Source: Candidatus Hydrogenedentota bacterium
GTDB lineage: Bacteria; Hydrogenedentota; Hydrogenedentia; Hydrogenedentales; SLHB01
Length of the DNA stretch: 64,000 nucleotides
Assembly (NCBI GenBank): GCA_963668025.2
Contig: CAXXTH010000010.1
Location: 320,001 to 384,000, forward strand
Reading direction: 5' to 3'
Positions 53,711-63,935 of the stretch are shown piece by piece. The notes beneath the pieces are model-generated. The model searched no databases and had not been told where the DNA came from. It saw nothing but the letters and a program-made list of their open reading frames with translations. The first letter of the stretch is position 1. The number at the start of each line of letters is the position of its first letter. A program made the position numbers and the translations under genes.

Positions 53711-54743
53711 CCACTGCTTTCGTGGCTTCATTAGTCTCGCGAAGCCGCTTCGACTCGATGCGCTCCGCGAGCAACGCCTCCACATTCGGGATTTCGACGC
53801 TGTACGGATATTTTTGCTTCAGCGTATCCAGCAGCGATTGGAGATTCTCGATAGAGCTAAACTTGGCGATTTCTCCCATTAGCTTGTCCGCCAGCGGGAA
53901 ATCGGGGTATTTCTGGAGAAAGGCGTTGTATCCAGCTACCGGTTGGAGGAAAAATTCGTATTCAGGCGTGCCCGGTTCGGGAGGGGCGGGAAGATTGGCG
54001 GGAGTGGGCGTCCGTTGAATGGTGCAATTTCTATACTGAACATACTGTCCATAGATCGTATCCGCATACGTCGTCATGAGTGCTTCGGCGTCGGGCCCAC
54101 TGTCCGGGATGCCCTGGAAACCCACTTCTTTCAGTGCATTCTTCCATGCATTGAACGCTTCCAGATTCCGGCCCGCAGGCTCCACCACATCAAGTTCCAA
54201 AGATGCATACGCTACGGAGTAATGAATGGAACCATTGCTGTCTGGTTCAGGAGCAGGCACTGAATGTAAAGGCCACTTGAGTTGAATTGAGTAATGGCCT
54301 GTTTTGTTCAGTGGTACAAATTCTCCCTCATTTATTGCTGAATTTAGCTTACCCAATATGCAAGTATCAATAAATATACGTCCATAACAAACTTTACCGG
54401 GTTCTAGTTTTTCTCGATGCAGAACCTCACGCTGTGTATTAATTGAATTGCAAACAAATTGTTCATTTCTGTTAGGCGGAGTAATATACACCATACATCC
54501 TTTGAGAAAATCTACCTGCGGTATGATCTCATACGAATTGGCAGAATTATTCTCTAACCTGAGATAGATTACCAATGGCTGCCACTGTAGCAACATATTC
54601 TGATTTATCCGTGCAGTGAGAGTAACTCTATCTGCTTCCTCTTGAACATGATGAGTTTCGGCAGCAATTGCATGAAAAGCACCTGATAACAATAGAATCA
54701 TAACATATACTGACTTTTTCAATTGCAGCATTTTCGTTGCCAT
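53700..54743 (-). CDS. Secreted hypothetical protein, low GC
   Basis: 347-aa ORF, signal peptide ending FHAIAA; RBS upstream; directly downstream of the metzincin-like ORF. Confidence 0.75.
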   Translation of the reverse strand: MATKMLQLKKSVYVMILLLSGAFHAIAAETHHVQEEADRVTLTARINQNMLLQWQPLVIYLRLENNSANSYEIIPQVDFLKGCMVYITPPNRNEQFVCNSINTQREVLHREKLEPGKVCYGRIFIDTCILGKLNSAINEGEFVPLNKTGHYSIQLKWPLHSVPAPEPDSNGSIHYSVAYASLELDVVEPAGRNLEAFNAWKNALKEVGFQGIPDSGPDAEALMTTYADTIYGQYVQYRNCTIQRTPTPANLPAPPEPGTPEYEFFLQPVAGYNAFLQKYPDFPLADKLMGEIAKFSSIENLQSLLDTLKQKYPYSVEIPNVEALLAERIESKRLRETNEATKAVGQE

Positions 54744-54814
54744 GATCTATCCCTTTCTTTTCATAGCCAAATTGACTAAATAGTCAATGGCATATATCTT
54801 TTGGTAAATACAAT

Positions 54815-56362
54815 TCACCAAGGCTCCATTTCACTTCGTATTTCAACTACACTTTCTGGAGAAAAAATTGTCGCAGGTGATGTAATATCAGCATACTCAT
54901 ACATGATGTAGCCAGCATCTTCGTCATCTGTACTCGGTGTGAGTCCGAATGAGTGACCGACTTCATGTGCAAGTGTTTCTGGCCATACTTGTGCAGAATA
55001 CTCCCTGATAGATTCTTGATATATTGCTGCGAAACTTGGCTTTTCTCTCAGTACATTTCGAACTGTGTTACCCAAAACATGAATCTCTCCATTCGGATCA
55101 TTGTCTTGTGTTATATCACCTTCATAAGCAGCAACAACATAGGTACACCAATATAAATAATTAACTGGACTATCACGAAATTGTCTAATGTATTTGGTTA
55201 CGTTATCACGTGTTTCGGGTAATCTAGATTGATCAAGAAGCAGATTTCTTCGAAAAGGTATTTGTTCATTGCTCCATTCGGGAGGTAATTCATTAAGCAC
55301 CACTCTTACATACGCCCTAGAAAATGCGTATGCCAGTACGTTTATGCTTGGTAATACCGTTGATGAACCAGGGTCTACGTCGTCGGTATTGATTTGATAG
55401 GGATCTCCATATACCATGTCGGTTAAGCCTGGTTCGAGGGCAAGATAAGCCGTTCCATTAAAGATAACCGGCTTATTCGTAACGGTTGGACGATTGGTGT
55501 CGGTGAATAAAGCTCCCGCCAGTTGATCATTGGGCAGCCAATCGGAATGTGTCGGCCGCCAATCCACGCCTATATCAGCAACATATGTATAGTAACCTAC
55601 CTGTTCAGCTAATCTGACCGTTCCATTTAGTGTCCCAAAATATTCCATGGGGGCTGGCACCCGGTCAGGTTCGCCCATCACATCGTGCTCGACATGAATT
55701 TTGCGCCAAACAACGAGGTATTGGGGAGTCGTTTTGATATAGAAGTCATCAAACAAGGCTGGATCAATTGCCTCTGCTGGATTCATCGCTTCTAGTTTGT
55801 CTGAAAAAAGAGAAGCGGACGCGCGGTAATTGTCACCGGGGCGCATGCTCACCGTAAGGCAAGCACGAGCATACCCCTCGCTATTTGTGTACACTACTTC
55901 TTCTAGCGTGCATCCCCCCCAATTATCACCGCCCGCGCTGCCATTTGGATCGATGATGCTATTGCTTGAAGGATCGTCAATGTCCCAAATACGGAAATAG
56001 ACCGGAACACCCTCGACAGCGGGTGTAATGAGTGCTTCAACCCATATTGTTCTTCTATCAACTGAATACTGGTCATCGTACGAAATCTTTTCCGGAAATA
56101 TTCTGCGACCAACCGCTTGGCCGCCGCTATATATAGTTTCTGGTATCAAGTTCAGCGGTGGAGTCATTCCTTCTGGGCGATATGCGGCCCAATCAATGCT
56201 GAAAAGCTGCACAACGTCAATGGTCCTTGATGGGGCCGAAACGGTTTCATCATCCGCGGAAGGTCCGGCAAGCGCCTGGTCATCCGCATCGCAGCCAATA
56301 GTGTACCGGCCTGCGGAGGTGGGAGTCCATTCCGCTTCATTATTGGTAGGATATCCTGGCAC
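54815..56362 (-). CDS. Hypothetical protein with C-terminal zinc metallopeptidase motif; 5' end out of frame at (AG)20
   Basis: TLAHEVGHSFGL followed by a Met-turn-like YIMY; frame open upstream to 56470 with no earlier start codon. Confidence 0.7.
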   Translation of the reverse strand: MPGYPTNNEAEWTPTSAGRYTIGCDADDQALAGPSADDETVSAPSRTIDVVQLFSIDWAAYRPEGMTPPLNLIPETIYSGGQAVGRRIFPEKISYDDQYSVDRRTIWVEALITPAVEGVPVYFRIWDIDDPSSNSIIDPNGSAGGDNWGGCTLEEVVYTNSEGYARACLTVSMRPGDNYRASASLFSDKLEAMNPAEAIDPALFDDFYIKTTPQYLVVWRKIHVEHDVMGEPDRVPAPMEYFGTLNGTVRLAEQVGYYTYVADIGVDWRPTHSDWLPNDQLAGALFTDTNRPTVTNKPVIFNGTAYLALEPGLTDMVYGDPYQINTDDVDPGSSTVLPSINVLAYAFSRAYVRVVLNELPPEWSNEQIPFRRNLLLDQSRLPETRDNVTKYIRQFRDSPVNYLYWCTYVVAAYEGDITQDNDPNGEIHVLGNTVRNVLREKPSFAAIYQESIREYSAQVWPETLAHEVGHSFGLTPSTDDEDAGYIMYEYADITSPATIFSPESVVEIRSEMEPW

Positions 56363-56395
56363 AATAGGTTCGGGTTCATTATCGCCAGGATTCGC

Positions 56396-56439
<44 letters not shown>

Positions 56440-56603
56440 AAATAGACGGATAGTTGCCGCTACGATGGGCCTAAGGGTGAGATGGACATTTGGTTTCTTT
56501 TCATGCCAGCCCTTTTTGATTTGCGCCGCCGCCGTGGCGCACACTATGCCTCCGTGGGAAGAAGCGTTCTACCCGTATCCGCAAAACAAGCAAAGGGATT
56601 TCC

Positions 56604-57809
56604 ATGAGCAAGCGCATCCTTATCGTGGGCGCTGGCGGCAACCAGGTCGAGATGATCAAGAAGGCCCGCCAGCTTGGTTTTTACACCATCGCCATGGACG
56701 GCAGCAGCCATGCGCCGGGCTTCGCCGTGGCCGACGCGTTCGAGTCGGCGAACATCACCGATCCGGACGAGGTCACGCGTGTGGCGCGGGCGCACCAGGC
56801 GGACGGGTGTTATCCGGCGGCGGAGTGGTCCGTCGAGGCCACGGCCCATGCCACGACCCGCCTGGGCCTTCCAGGATGCCGCCCCGAGATCGCCGAGCGC
56901 GTGCGCAACAAGCGCGTCATGCGTGAAGCCCTCGCGGCGAAGGGCGTGCCGTGTCCCGCGTTCAAAGGCGTGCGTACGCTCGAAGAGGCCTATGCCGCCG
57001 TCGAGGCCATCGGGCTGCCGGTCATCGTGAAGCCCGCCGATGGCAATGCGAGCCGGGGTGTGAAGCGCGTGGACCGCATCGAAGAGCTGCCCGCCGCATT
57101 CCAGTTGGCCCTCGGCAAAGCCCGCGTGGGCGAGGCGCTCATCGAGTCCTTCATGGAAGGCGAGGAGTTCGGCGTGGATGGGCTGGTCTACGAAGGGCGC
57201 TATATCCTCGGCGGCATCACCGGTAAACATCGCTCACAACCGCCCGACCGTTTTGACTTGGGCCTTTGCATGCCGCCTTTGATCTCTGATGCGGACGCGC
57301 AAGCGCTGGAAGATACCGTGTCGGCGGCCCTCGAGGCCATCGAGTTCCGCAATGGAACGACGCATATCGAGGTGATCCTGCACAAAGACGGCCCGCGCAT
57401 CGTCGAGATGGCGGGACGCCCCGGCGGCGCGCGCATCCCGACGGACCTCGTGCCCATGGCGTACGGCATGGACTATATCGCGGACAGCCTGCGCATCGCC
57501 CTTGGCGAAGCGCCCATCGAAGCCAGGCGCTTCCTGCGCGGTTCCGCCATCTACTGGATCCCTGCGCCGCCGGGACGCGTCCTGTCCATCAGCGGTGTCG
57601 AGGCGGCGCGCGCGCTGCCCGGCGTGAAGGAAGTCGTTGTGGCCGCGAAGCCGGGCGATGTCCTCGAACCGATTATCGACTGCGTCACGCGCGACAAGGT
57701 GGGCTATGTCCTCACCGAAGGCGATACGCCCCAGGCGGCCATCGACGCGGCCACACGGGCCTGCGGCGCATTATGCATCGAAACAGAACCATCGGGAGCG
57801 CCCGAGTGA
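56604..57809 (+). CDS. ATP-grasp domain protein (amino-acid ligase-like)
   Basis: ILIVGAG..Q, NK..MR, IVKP.DG.ASRGV, ESFMEG.E, HIEVI, IVEMAGRPGG. Confidence 0.88.
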   Translation: MSKRILIVGAGGNQVEMIKKARQLGFYTIAMDGSSHAPGFAVADAFESANITDPDEVTRVARAHQADGCYPAAEWSVEATAHATTRLGLPGCRPEIAERVRNKRVMREALAAKGVPCPAFKGVRTLEEAYAAVEAIGLPVIVKPADGNASRGVKRVDRIEELPAAFQLALGKARVGEALIESFMEGEEFGVDGLVYEGRYILGGITGKHRSQPPDRFDLGLCMPPLISDADAQALEDTVSAALEAIEFRNGTTHIEVILHKDGPRIVEMAGRPGGARIPTDLVPMAYGMDYIADSLRIALGEAPIEARRFLRGSAIYWIPAPPGRVLSISGVEAARALPGVKEVVVAAKPGDVLEPIIDCVTRDKVGYVLTEGDTPQAAIDAATRACGALCIETEPSGAPE

Positions 57810-58438
57810 ACATACGCTGGAAAGACGTGAGCATTCCTTTGCGGGAAGGCATGGCGGCATGGCCCGGGCACGTCCCTTTTAGCATACAGCCCGGCGGGCG
57901 CATCGCCCAAGGCGCCGGCTCGAACACCTCCGTGCTCACCATCTGCACGCACACGGGCACGCATATGGACGCACCCTGGCATTTCGAGGAAGGCGGGCGC
58001 ACGCTCGAGCAAGTGGATGCCAGCCTTTTCTTTGGCGGCGCGCTGGTCATTGAAGCGTCTGGCGCACCCCATATCACCGCCGACGCCCTCGGCCCTGGCC
58101 CGCTGCCGCCCCGGGTGCTCATCAAGACCATCAACTCGGACGTGCCGTTTGAAGGCCCTTTCCGGAAGGACTTCGTTGCTCTAGAGCCTGACGCCGCCCA
58201 ACGCCTCGTGGACGAAGGCGTCCGCCTCGTGGGCGTCGATTACCTCTCCGTGGCCCCGTACCAGCAGCCGGGCCAGTACACCCACCATATTTTATTGCGC
58301 AACAACGTGCTTATCGTAGAAGGGCTGCGCCTCGCGGGCGTCCCTGCGGGCGTTCATCCCTTTGTCGTGCTGCCCTTGTCCATTGACGGCGCCGACGGCT
58401 CGCCCTGCCGGGCGTTTGTGGGAATGAAACCTGAATAA
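57806..58438 (+). CDS. Cyclase-family metal hydrolase (KynB-like)
   Basis: HTGTHMDAP.H, GVDYLSV, H..LL...IVEGL, DGSPCRA. Confidence 0.9.
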   Translation: MNIRWKDVSIPLREGMAAWPGHVPFSIQPGGRIAQGAGSNTSVLTICTHTGTHMDAPWHFEEGGRTLEQVDASLFFGGALVIEASGAPHITADALGPGPLPPRVLIKTINSDVPFEGPFRKDFVALEPDAAQRLVDEGVRLVGVDYLSVAPYQQPGQYTHHILLRNNVLIVEGLRLAGVPAGVHPFVVLPLSIDGADGSPCRAFVGMKPE

Positions 58439-58593
58439 GATAAAGAAGCCGCAAACGACAGTGAGCTATCATATTCTGGAATAGAATGTTATTACTGCCA
58501 ACTATATGGAGTGCGGCAGCTTGCTGCCGCTTTTAATAGTACAATTCGTTAATTGTATTGCTTTTGAAGACGCTCAAGGAGAAAACCACAGAT

Positions 58594-59577
58594 ATGCCCG
58601 AAAAAGCTGTTACTGGCCGCCAGCGTATTTCCACGCGAATACGCCGTATAGGACTTGTCTGCCTGGCCGTGGCGGTCTATGGCGGCGTGCTGTGGTATGT
58701 GGGCTGGGAGCGTATTGGTACGGCGCTGTCCGAGGTGGACTTGCGCTGGCTCGCACCCATGGTCTTTCTTGAAATAAGCGGATTGTGGCTGCGTGCTGGG
58801 AAATGGCGGTACGCCCTCGGCCCGGGCATGGGCTCGATGAATCTGTTTTTCCTGAGCAAGGCCGCCGGGATGTGGACGCCGGGGCGTTTGGGCGAATTGT
58901 CTCCCTTGTTCCTGCCGCGCTACCGGAGCCATAAGGTGGCGTCGTGGATCATCGTGGACCGTGGCACGGAGGCGGCTTGCACCATGGGCTTAGGATTGGC
59001 GGGCGTGGCGTTGCTGGGCCTCGTGCCCCTGCGCTGGCTCATAGGCCTCACAGCCGGTTTCTGTATATGGGCAAGCTTCGGTTATTACATGGTATTCATA
59101 CGGAAGCTTGCGCATAAAGATTCGGTGAGCACGCATGCGCCCACCACGCTAATGCAGCGCTTACGCCGGCTCGATTTGTTAATGCGCACCGAGATCCGCG
59201 CCTTGCATGGCAAATTGCCGGTAGTCATTTTCGCCACCCTCGGATTGACGTTCACCGACATGCTGGCCGCCACTTTCCTGTTTCGCGGATTCGGGTATCC
59301 GATTGAATGGCCGCTCATGGCCGCCGCCCGGTGCGCCCATGCCATCGTCGCCGCCCTGCCCTTCGCACCCGACGCATCAGGCCTGCCGTACCTCACCCAA
59401 GCCGCCTTGCTGCACCGCGAGGCCAGCGTGCCCCCGGCCACGCTGGCGGCTGCACTCGCATTAGAGATGGCCATTCTCTATGGCATCTTCTGGGTGTCAT
59501 TCGGACTAGGCGCGGGCGTCTTGTTGCGTCATGGCGGGAAAGCCGCTCCGGCTGCCGAGCCTCAAGCGGACAGATAG
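58594..59577 (+). CDS. Lysylphosphatidylglycerol synthase TM-domain / flippase-like protein
   Basis: LRA.KW, TPGRLGE, DR.TE motifs; multi-TM. Confidence 0.78.
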   Translation: MPEKAVTGRQRISTRIRRIGLVCLAVAVYGGVLWYVGWERIGTALSEVDLRWLAPMVFLEISGLWLRAGKWRYALGPGMGSMNLFFLSKAAGMWTPGRLGELSPLFLPRYRSHKVASWIIVDRGTEAACTMGLGLAGVALLGLVPLRWLIGLTAGFCIWASFGYYMVFIRKLAHKDSVSTHAPTTLMQRLRRLDLLMRTEIRALHGKLPVVIFATLGLTFTDMLAATFLFRGFGYPIEWPLMAAARCAHAIVAALPFAPDASGLPYLTQAALLHREASVPPATLAAALALEMAILYGIFWVSFGLGAGVLLRHGGKAAPAAEPQADR

Positions 59578-59700
59578 GCAGCGGCCTTGGTGGTTATTCC
59601 GGCGGCAGGCCGCCACCGGCGTTTTACTTCGGGTGTTGCGGCGATACAACAGCATAAAACAGACACCGCGCATAACGATAGCGTAGATCCGCCCCTCTCG

Positions 59701-60477
59701 ATAGGGGTAGGGAAGACCGTTGGCCGGTCTCCCCTCCCTCCGAACCGTACGTGCAGATCTCCCGCATACGGCTCTCCAGTTGGTGGTCTTACCTCTTGGA
59801 GGATTGGCGAGCGGTTTCATAGGCTTTTGTAAGCTGAAAAGACCTATGGCCGCCAAAGTAAGCATTAGCTCAGTATTGATGGTCTGCTTATCCATCAAGC
59901 TGAACCATCGCCTTCCTTTCACCCCTTGTTTCAGGGCCGCCAACATGGGTTCCGTCCAGACGCAAGGACCGCTCGCTTCCAGTAGGGGCGGTTATCTCCG
60001 GCATGTTTAGAACTGCTTGCGCGGTTCACTGGTGACGGTTGTATTTCCTCGCATTCCGTACTCACCCATCCACCTTCCTACCGCCCTTCGCTCCACGCCC
60101 ATTACGGCGTTTCCTCGCTACTATGGCGGCTCTGACTGCCGTTGGGTGGCTTCTCGCCTGCTTACTCCCAGCGGCTCTCACTGCTTCATGTACCCTGCCT
60201 TCCTGACCATTCCGTCTCCAACCACCCCATGTTCCCCCGCCATCGCTTTTGCACACGACCCCTCAGCGTGACCGGTTATTTCTAGGCTTCGCCATTTCCC
60301 AGCAGGCTCGCCGGAGCATCAGGCCGAATCGAGTTCGTTATCCTACGGACTAGTCATTCGCCTTCCGTTGCTCTCCACCCCGCCTCGCGGCGACGCAGTT
60401 ACGGTCGGCTACAGGCCGGAGCGTGCATGCCTGAAGAGGACTCACACCTCTCGGACAGCGTACACTCGCAGTCGCAC
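59701..60477 (-). ncRNA. Group II intron, ORF-less (777 nt)
   Basis: 5' GTGCG at 60477; domain V GAGCCGTATGCGGGAGATCTGCACGTACGGTTC; domain VI ending CCCCTAT at 59701; only N- and C-terminal RT remnants. Confidence 0.9.
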
Positions 60478-60764
60478 TAGCATGGGCGTCTCGCCCATGC
60501 GCATGGCCTACCAAAAACTCTCAGCGTATGATTCTATATTGCCGCAATGTAGTATAAGCGCATTCAAGCGAGATCCGCACGTCCAAAGCGGCAGCAAGCT
60601 GCCGCACTCCAAATAGTTTCATAAAAAAGACTTAGCGTGCATATGCGGTAGCTTGCTACCGCTTTTTTTGTTCTCTTCTATTCATCTTGCCTGCATTTCC
60701 TTGTTTTGGCTTGCCAACACAGTTTTTGGAGAGCTCCGCGCATGGCCGGGACGGCCATGCTACG
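60478..60764. repeat. GTAG REP inverted pair enclosing GCGGCAGC..GCTGCCGC REPs
   Basis: (CG|)TAGCATGGGCGTCTCGCCCATGC at 60478 and CATGGCCGGGACGGCCATGCTACG at 60740-60763. Confidence 0.7.
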
Positions 60765-60781
60765 GAACCCGAACCCCGAAC

Positions 60782-61156
60782 TCACTGCGCCGCAGGCTCC
60801 GGTGGCGGAACTGGCTCGGAGAACACGTAGAACGCGGGCCGAAGGTTTGCGGAGCCATCTAGCCCTACGATGGCCATAGCCGGGAGCTGGGTAGAGACGA
60901 ATCGGTAGCCGCCGTTATCCTTGCTTTCCATCGCAACCGCAAGTGTTTCAATGGATTTTCCCGAACCTGCCGTGGACAGCATATCCGTCAGATCAAAGAC
61001 ATACCAACCGGAGTAATGATAGGGAAGTGTGGCCATGGGCCGTACAGCGGCGGTGGCGTCGACATTGTAACCTTCCGTGAGGTTCACGACATAGCTTTGG
61101 TCTTCAGACTTAGCAAAGGAGTCCCATGGCGTGTTCAGTGGTAACACTATGGGCGC
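60782..61156 (-). pseudogene. 3' remnant of a gene cut by ISAs1 (DNRLRE-like WYVFDLTD motif)
   Basis: Open frame abuts the IS end with no convincing start; domain call tentative. Confidence 0.5.
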
Positions 61157-62340
61157 CAGGGCTTACGCATCTAAATTCCCAGTAAACGTAGGAGGTATTC
61201 GGGGTCGAGTGCAGCAGCGAAGCGCTTGCCCCTGAGGAAATCTTTGTTGGTCTTGTCTTTCTTGAGGAGGTTGAGTGTAATTCTCCTCAAGGAGGCGAGA
61301 TTCTGGGCGGCGTTTCTTGTTCGGGCGCGGTTGTCGTCTTCGCGAAAGATAATGTCTAGGCACCAGTGCAAATTGTTTTCCACGCCCCAGTGTCCACGCA
61401 CGGCGTGGGCGAATCGTCGTGCGTCGAGGGGCAGGCTGCTCAAGTAGTAGCGCCGCTCGATGGTGTTCTTCCCTTTTTCCTTGCGGATGGACTCGACCAT
61501 GCCGAAACTCTTGAGGCCCTTCCAAAGTCCTTTGTCCTCGAACCAGCCCAAGTCGGTGGATTGCCAGTATCGGCGGGTTTCGATGCGGCCATGCCCCTTG
61601 TCGATGGTCTGGTGGAAATCCATCCGTGTGGCGTCGGCTGTTGGCGCGCACTGGGTGGCGCAAGGGGGAACGGCGTCCTTGAAAAAGGCCTTCACTTCTT
61701 CTAGGGCGGTGGCGTGGTTGCCTTTGAGGGCCAGCACGTAGTCGGCCTGCCGTTGGATAATGTGGGAGGCGATATCCTTCTGGCAGCCCATGGCGTCCAG
61801 GGTGACGATGGCTCCCTTGAGCTTTAAGGCGTTGAGGAGTTTGGGGACGGCGGTGATTTCGTTGGATTTCTCGTCCACCTTGACCTGCCCCAGCGCCAGG
61901 CCGTGCTCGCAAGCCCATGCGCTGACGATGTAGGGGATGGCCTCCCCCTGATTCAAGGCGCGCCGCAGGGCTTTGCCGTCAATGGCGACGACCTCATCGC
62001 TTAGATTGGGGCAAATGCCCTGCACCCATTGGCCGAAGCATTCCAGAAAGGCATGGGGGTCGAGGGCGGAAAAGACCCGGTTGAAGGTGTCGTGCGAGGG
62101 GATGCCGCCGGGCAATTCCAGGAAGCCCTTCAGCCAATCCTCCCGGAGCCAGCCGAAGCGCTCCATATCCGAAAAGCTCTCTCCGCCCACGAGGGCTGAG
62201 CATAGCCCAATCACCAAGATGTCAATGAAGTTGTGCCTGCGGGTCCGGTCCATGCGGGGATCAGGCAGGCCCGCGAAACACTCGATAATAGGCTTGGGCT
62301 TGGGCAGGGATTTCTTTTCAGCGGTCATGGGGTGCTCCTT
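61157..62340 (-). mobile_element. ISAs1-family element; upstream end not visible
   Basis: Terminal ATGCGTAAGCCCTG after the transposase stop ends at 61157. Confidence 0.75.
61171..62328 (-). CDS. ISAs1-family (H-repeat) transposase
   Basis: PDPR, GIPSHDTF.RV, AIDGK.LR, KSNEITA.P, DAMGCQ, LKGN, HGRIETR, HWGVEN.LHW.LD..F.ED. Confidence 0.96.
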   Translation of the reverse strand: MTAEKKSLPKPKPIIECFAGLPDPRMDRTRRHNFIDILVIGLCSALVGGESFSDMERFGWLREDWLKGFLELPGGIPSHDTFNRVFSALDPHAFLECFGQWVQGICPNLSDEVVAIDGKALRRALNQGEAIPYIVSAWACEHGLALGQVKVDEKSNEITAVPKLLNALKLKGAIVTLDAMGCQKDIASHIIQRQADYVLALKGNHATALEEVKAFFKDAVPPCATQCAPTADATRMDFHQTIDKGHGRIETRRYWQSTDLGWFEDKGLWKGLKSFGMVESIRKEKGKNTIERRYYLSSLPLDARRFAHAVRGHWGVENNLHWCLDIIFREDDNRARTRNAAQNLASLRRITLNLLKKDKTNKDFLRGKRFAAALDPEYLLRLLGI

Positions 62341-62399
62341 TCATTCATGCGCCGAAGCACTGTTGACTCTAGTATATAGAATTCTATATATTAAAATCC

Positions 62400-63927
62400 G
62401 TAACACTTTAGCCGTCTGACGCAACCATAAGTAGCGTTTCGGTATAATATAGTTACAAGATGTTGTGGTTTTGGGCCAAGACGCCATGGCGACGGCAATA
62501 AGTGGCATTCCATTGGGACCGCTGCTCTCGGAGGAGCAAGCCCGAGCGATCTACGCATTGGGCGAAGATGCCGTGGTGTTTGCCCTGTTGGCGCAATCCA
62601 AGCTGCTGTCGGAGCAGCAGGCCGAGGCGGCGTTCACTTCCCACCAAACGCCCTCCACCCCTTCGGGCATGCAGCCAGTTTACGGGAAACCCCAGACGCC
62701 TGTGCGCGGCAAGAAAAAGCCGGGACGCAAGATGGGCCACCCCGGCAGCCGGCGCGTGCCGCCCGAACGTATCGACCGGCGTGAAACACACCGCACCAAG
62801 GTGTGTCCCGACTGCGGCGGGCCGCTGGACCGCCGCGCGGAGACCCGCACGCGCTACACCGAAGACATACCCGAAGGCATCCGTCCGGAAATCACCGAGC
62901 ATACCATTCACCGCGACTGGTGTCCGCGATGCAAGAAGAAAGTCGAGCCGGTTGTGGCGGCGGCCTTGCCGGGCGCGACCCTGGGCAACCGGGTGCTGGT
63001 CCTCAGCGCGTGGCTGCACTATGTGTTGGGCAACACGCTTTCGCAAATCGTGGAGGTCTTCGATTTCCACCTGCTTTTCCAGGTCACGCCGGGCGGGCTG
63101 CTGCACATGTGGCGCAGGCTGGCGGAGATTCTCCTGCCTTGGTACGAGGCCATTCACCAGGAAGCGCTGGACTCGGCGGTGCTCAACGCCGACGAGACCG
63201 GCTGGCGCGTGAATGGCAAGACCCGATGGCTGTGGTGTTTCGCCACCAAAGGGCTGAGCTTTTTCCTGATCGACCATTCGCGGGGGAGTCCGGCGCTCCA
63301 GCAGTTCTTCACGCGGGAATTCGCCGGAACGCTGGTGGCCGACTTCTGGGCCGCGTACAACGCCGTGGCGTGCGCCGCCCGGCAGAAGTGCCTCGTGCAT
63401 TTGTTGCGCGAACTCGAGCACGTGGAGAAATACAAATCGCCCAGCCCGGCCTGGCCCGCCTTCGCCAAAAAGCTGCGCCGCCTGATTGCCGACGCCATCC
63501 GGCTGTGGCGGCGGCGCGGCGAGCTCGAACCGGAGGCGTACGACTCGCGCCGCGCGCGCTTCGCCCGGCGCTTGCGGGACTTGTGCGATACGCCCTGGGA
63601 GGACGCCAACGCCAAGCGCCTCATAAAAAGGCTGCGCCGACACCAGGATGAACTCTTCACTTTTCTCGGCCAATCAGATGTTCCCTTCGACAACAACTTG
63701 GCGGAACGCTCCATCCGTCCTGCCGTTATCCTGCGCAAAAACAGTTACTGCAACCGCAGCGACCAAGGAGCCGCCATACAAGCGGTGCTCATGAGCGTCT
63801 TCTTTACTTTGAAAAAACGCGGGCAAAACCCCGTCTGCACCGTCTGCAACGCCCTGGTCCACTACCTCAACACCGGCCAATTGCCTCCCCTGCCACCGGA
63901 AAACACTTCAGTCGGCTAAAGTGTTAC
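62400..63927 (+). mobile_element. IS66-family element, copy 2
   Basis: Same IRs as copy 1; perfect 8-bp TSD TAAAATCC at 62392-62399 and 63928-63935. Confidence 0.95.
62465..63919 (+). CDS. IS66-family transposase, identical protein to copy 1
   Basis: ORF-track translation identical to 20426..21880. Confidence 0.95.
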   Translation: MVLGQDAMATAISGIPLGPLLSEEQARAIYALGEDAVVFALLAQSKLLSEQQAEAAFTSHQTPSTPSGMQPVYGKPQTPVRGKKKPGRKMGHPGSRRVPPERIDRRETHRTKVCPDCGGPLDRRAETRTRYTEDIPEGIRPEITEHTIHRDWCPRCKKKVEPVVAAALPGATLGNRVLVLSAWLHYVLGNTLSQIVEVFDFHLLFQVTPGGLLHMWRRLAEILLPWYEAIHQEALDSAVLNADETGWRVNGKTRWLWCFATKGLSFFLIDHSRGSPALQQFFTREFAGTLVADFWAAYNAVACAARQKCLVHLLRELEHVEKYKSPSPAWPAFAKKLRRLIADAIRLWRRRGELEPEAYDSRRARFARRLRDLCDTPWEDANAKRLIKRLRRHQDELFTFLGQSDVPFDNNLAERSIRPAVILRKNSYCNRSDQGAAIQAVLMSVFFTLKKRGQNPVCTVCNALVHYLNTGQLPPLPPENTSVG

Positions 63928-63935
63928 TAAAATCC

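Noticed and set aside
59506-59946. 146-aa ORF as a functional reverse transcriptase
   Set aside because: No RT motifs or YADD; it runs through DV/DVI and is a deletion remnant.
61141-61150. GTAACACTAT as another IS66 end
   Set aside because: Only 8 bp match, inside a coding remnant, no partner IR or TSD.
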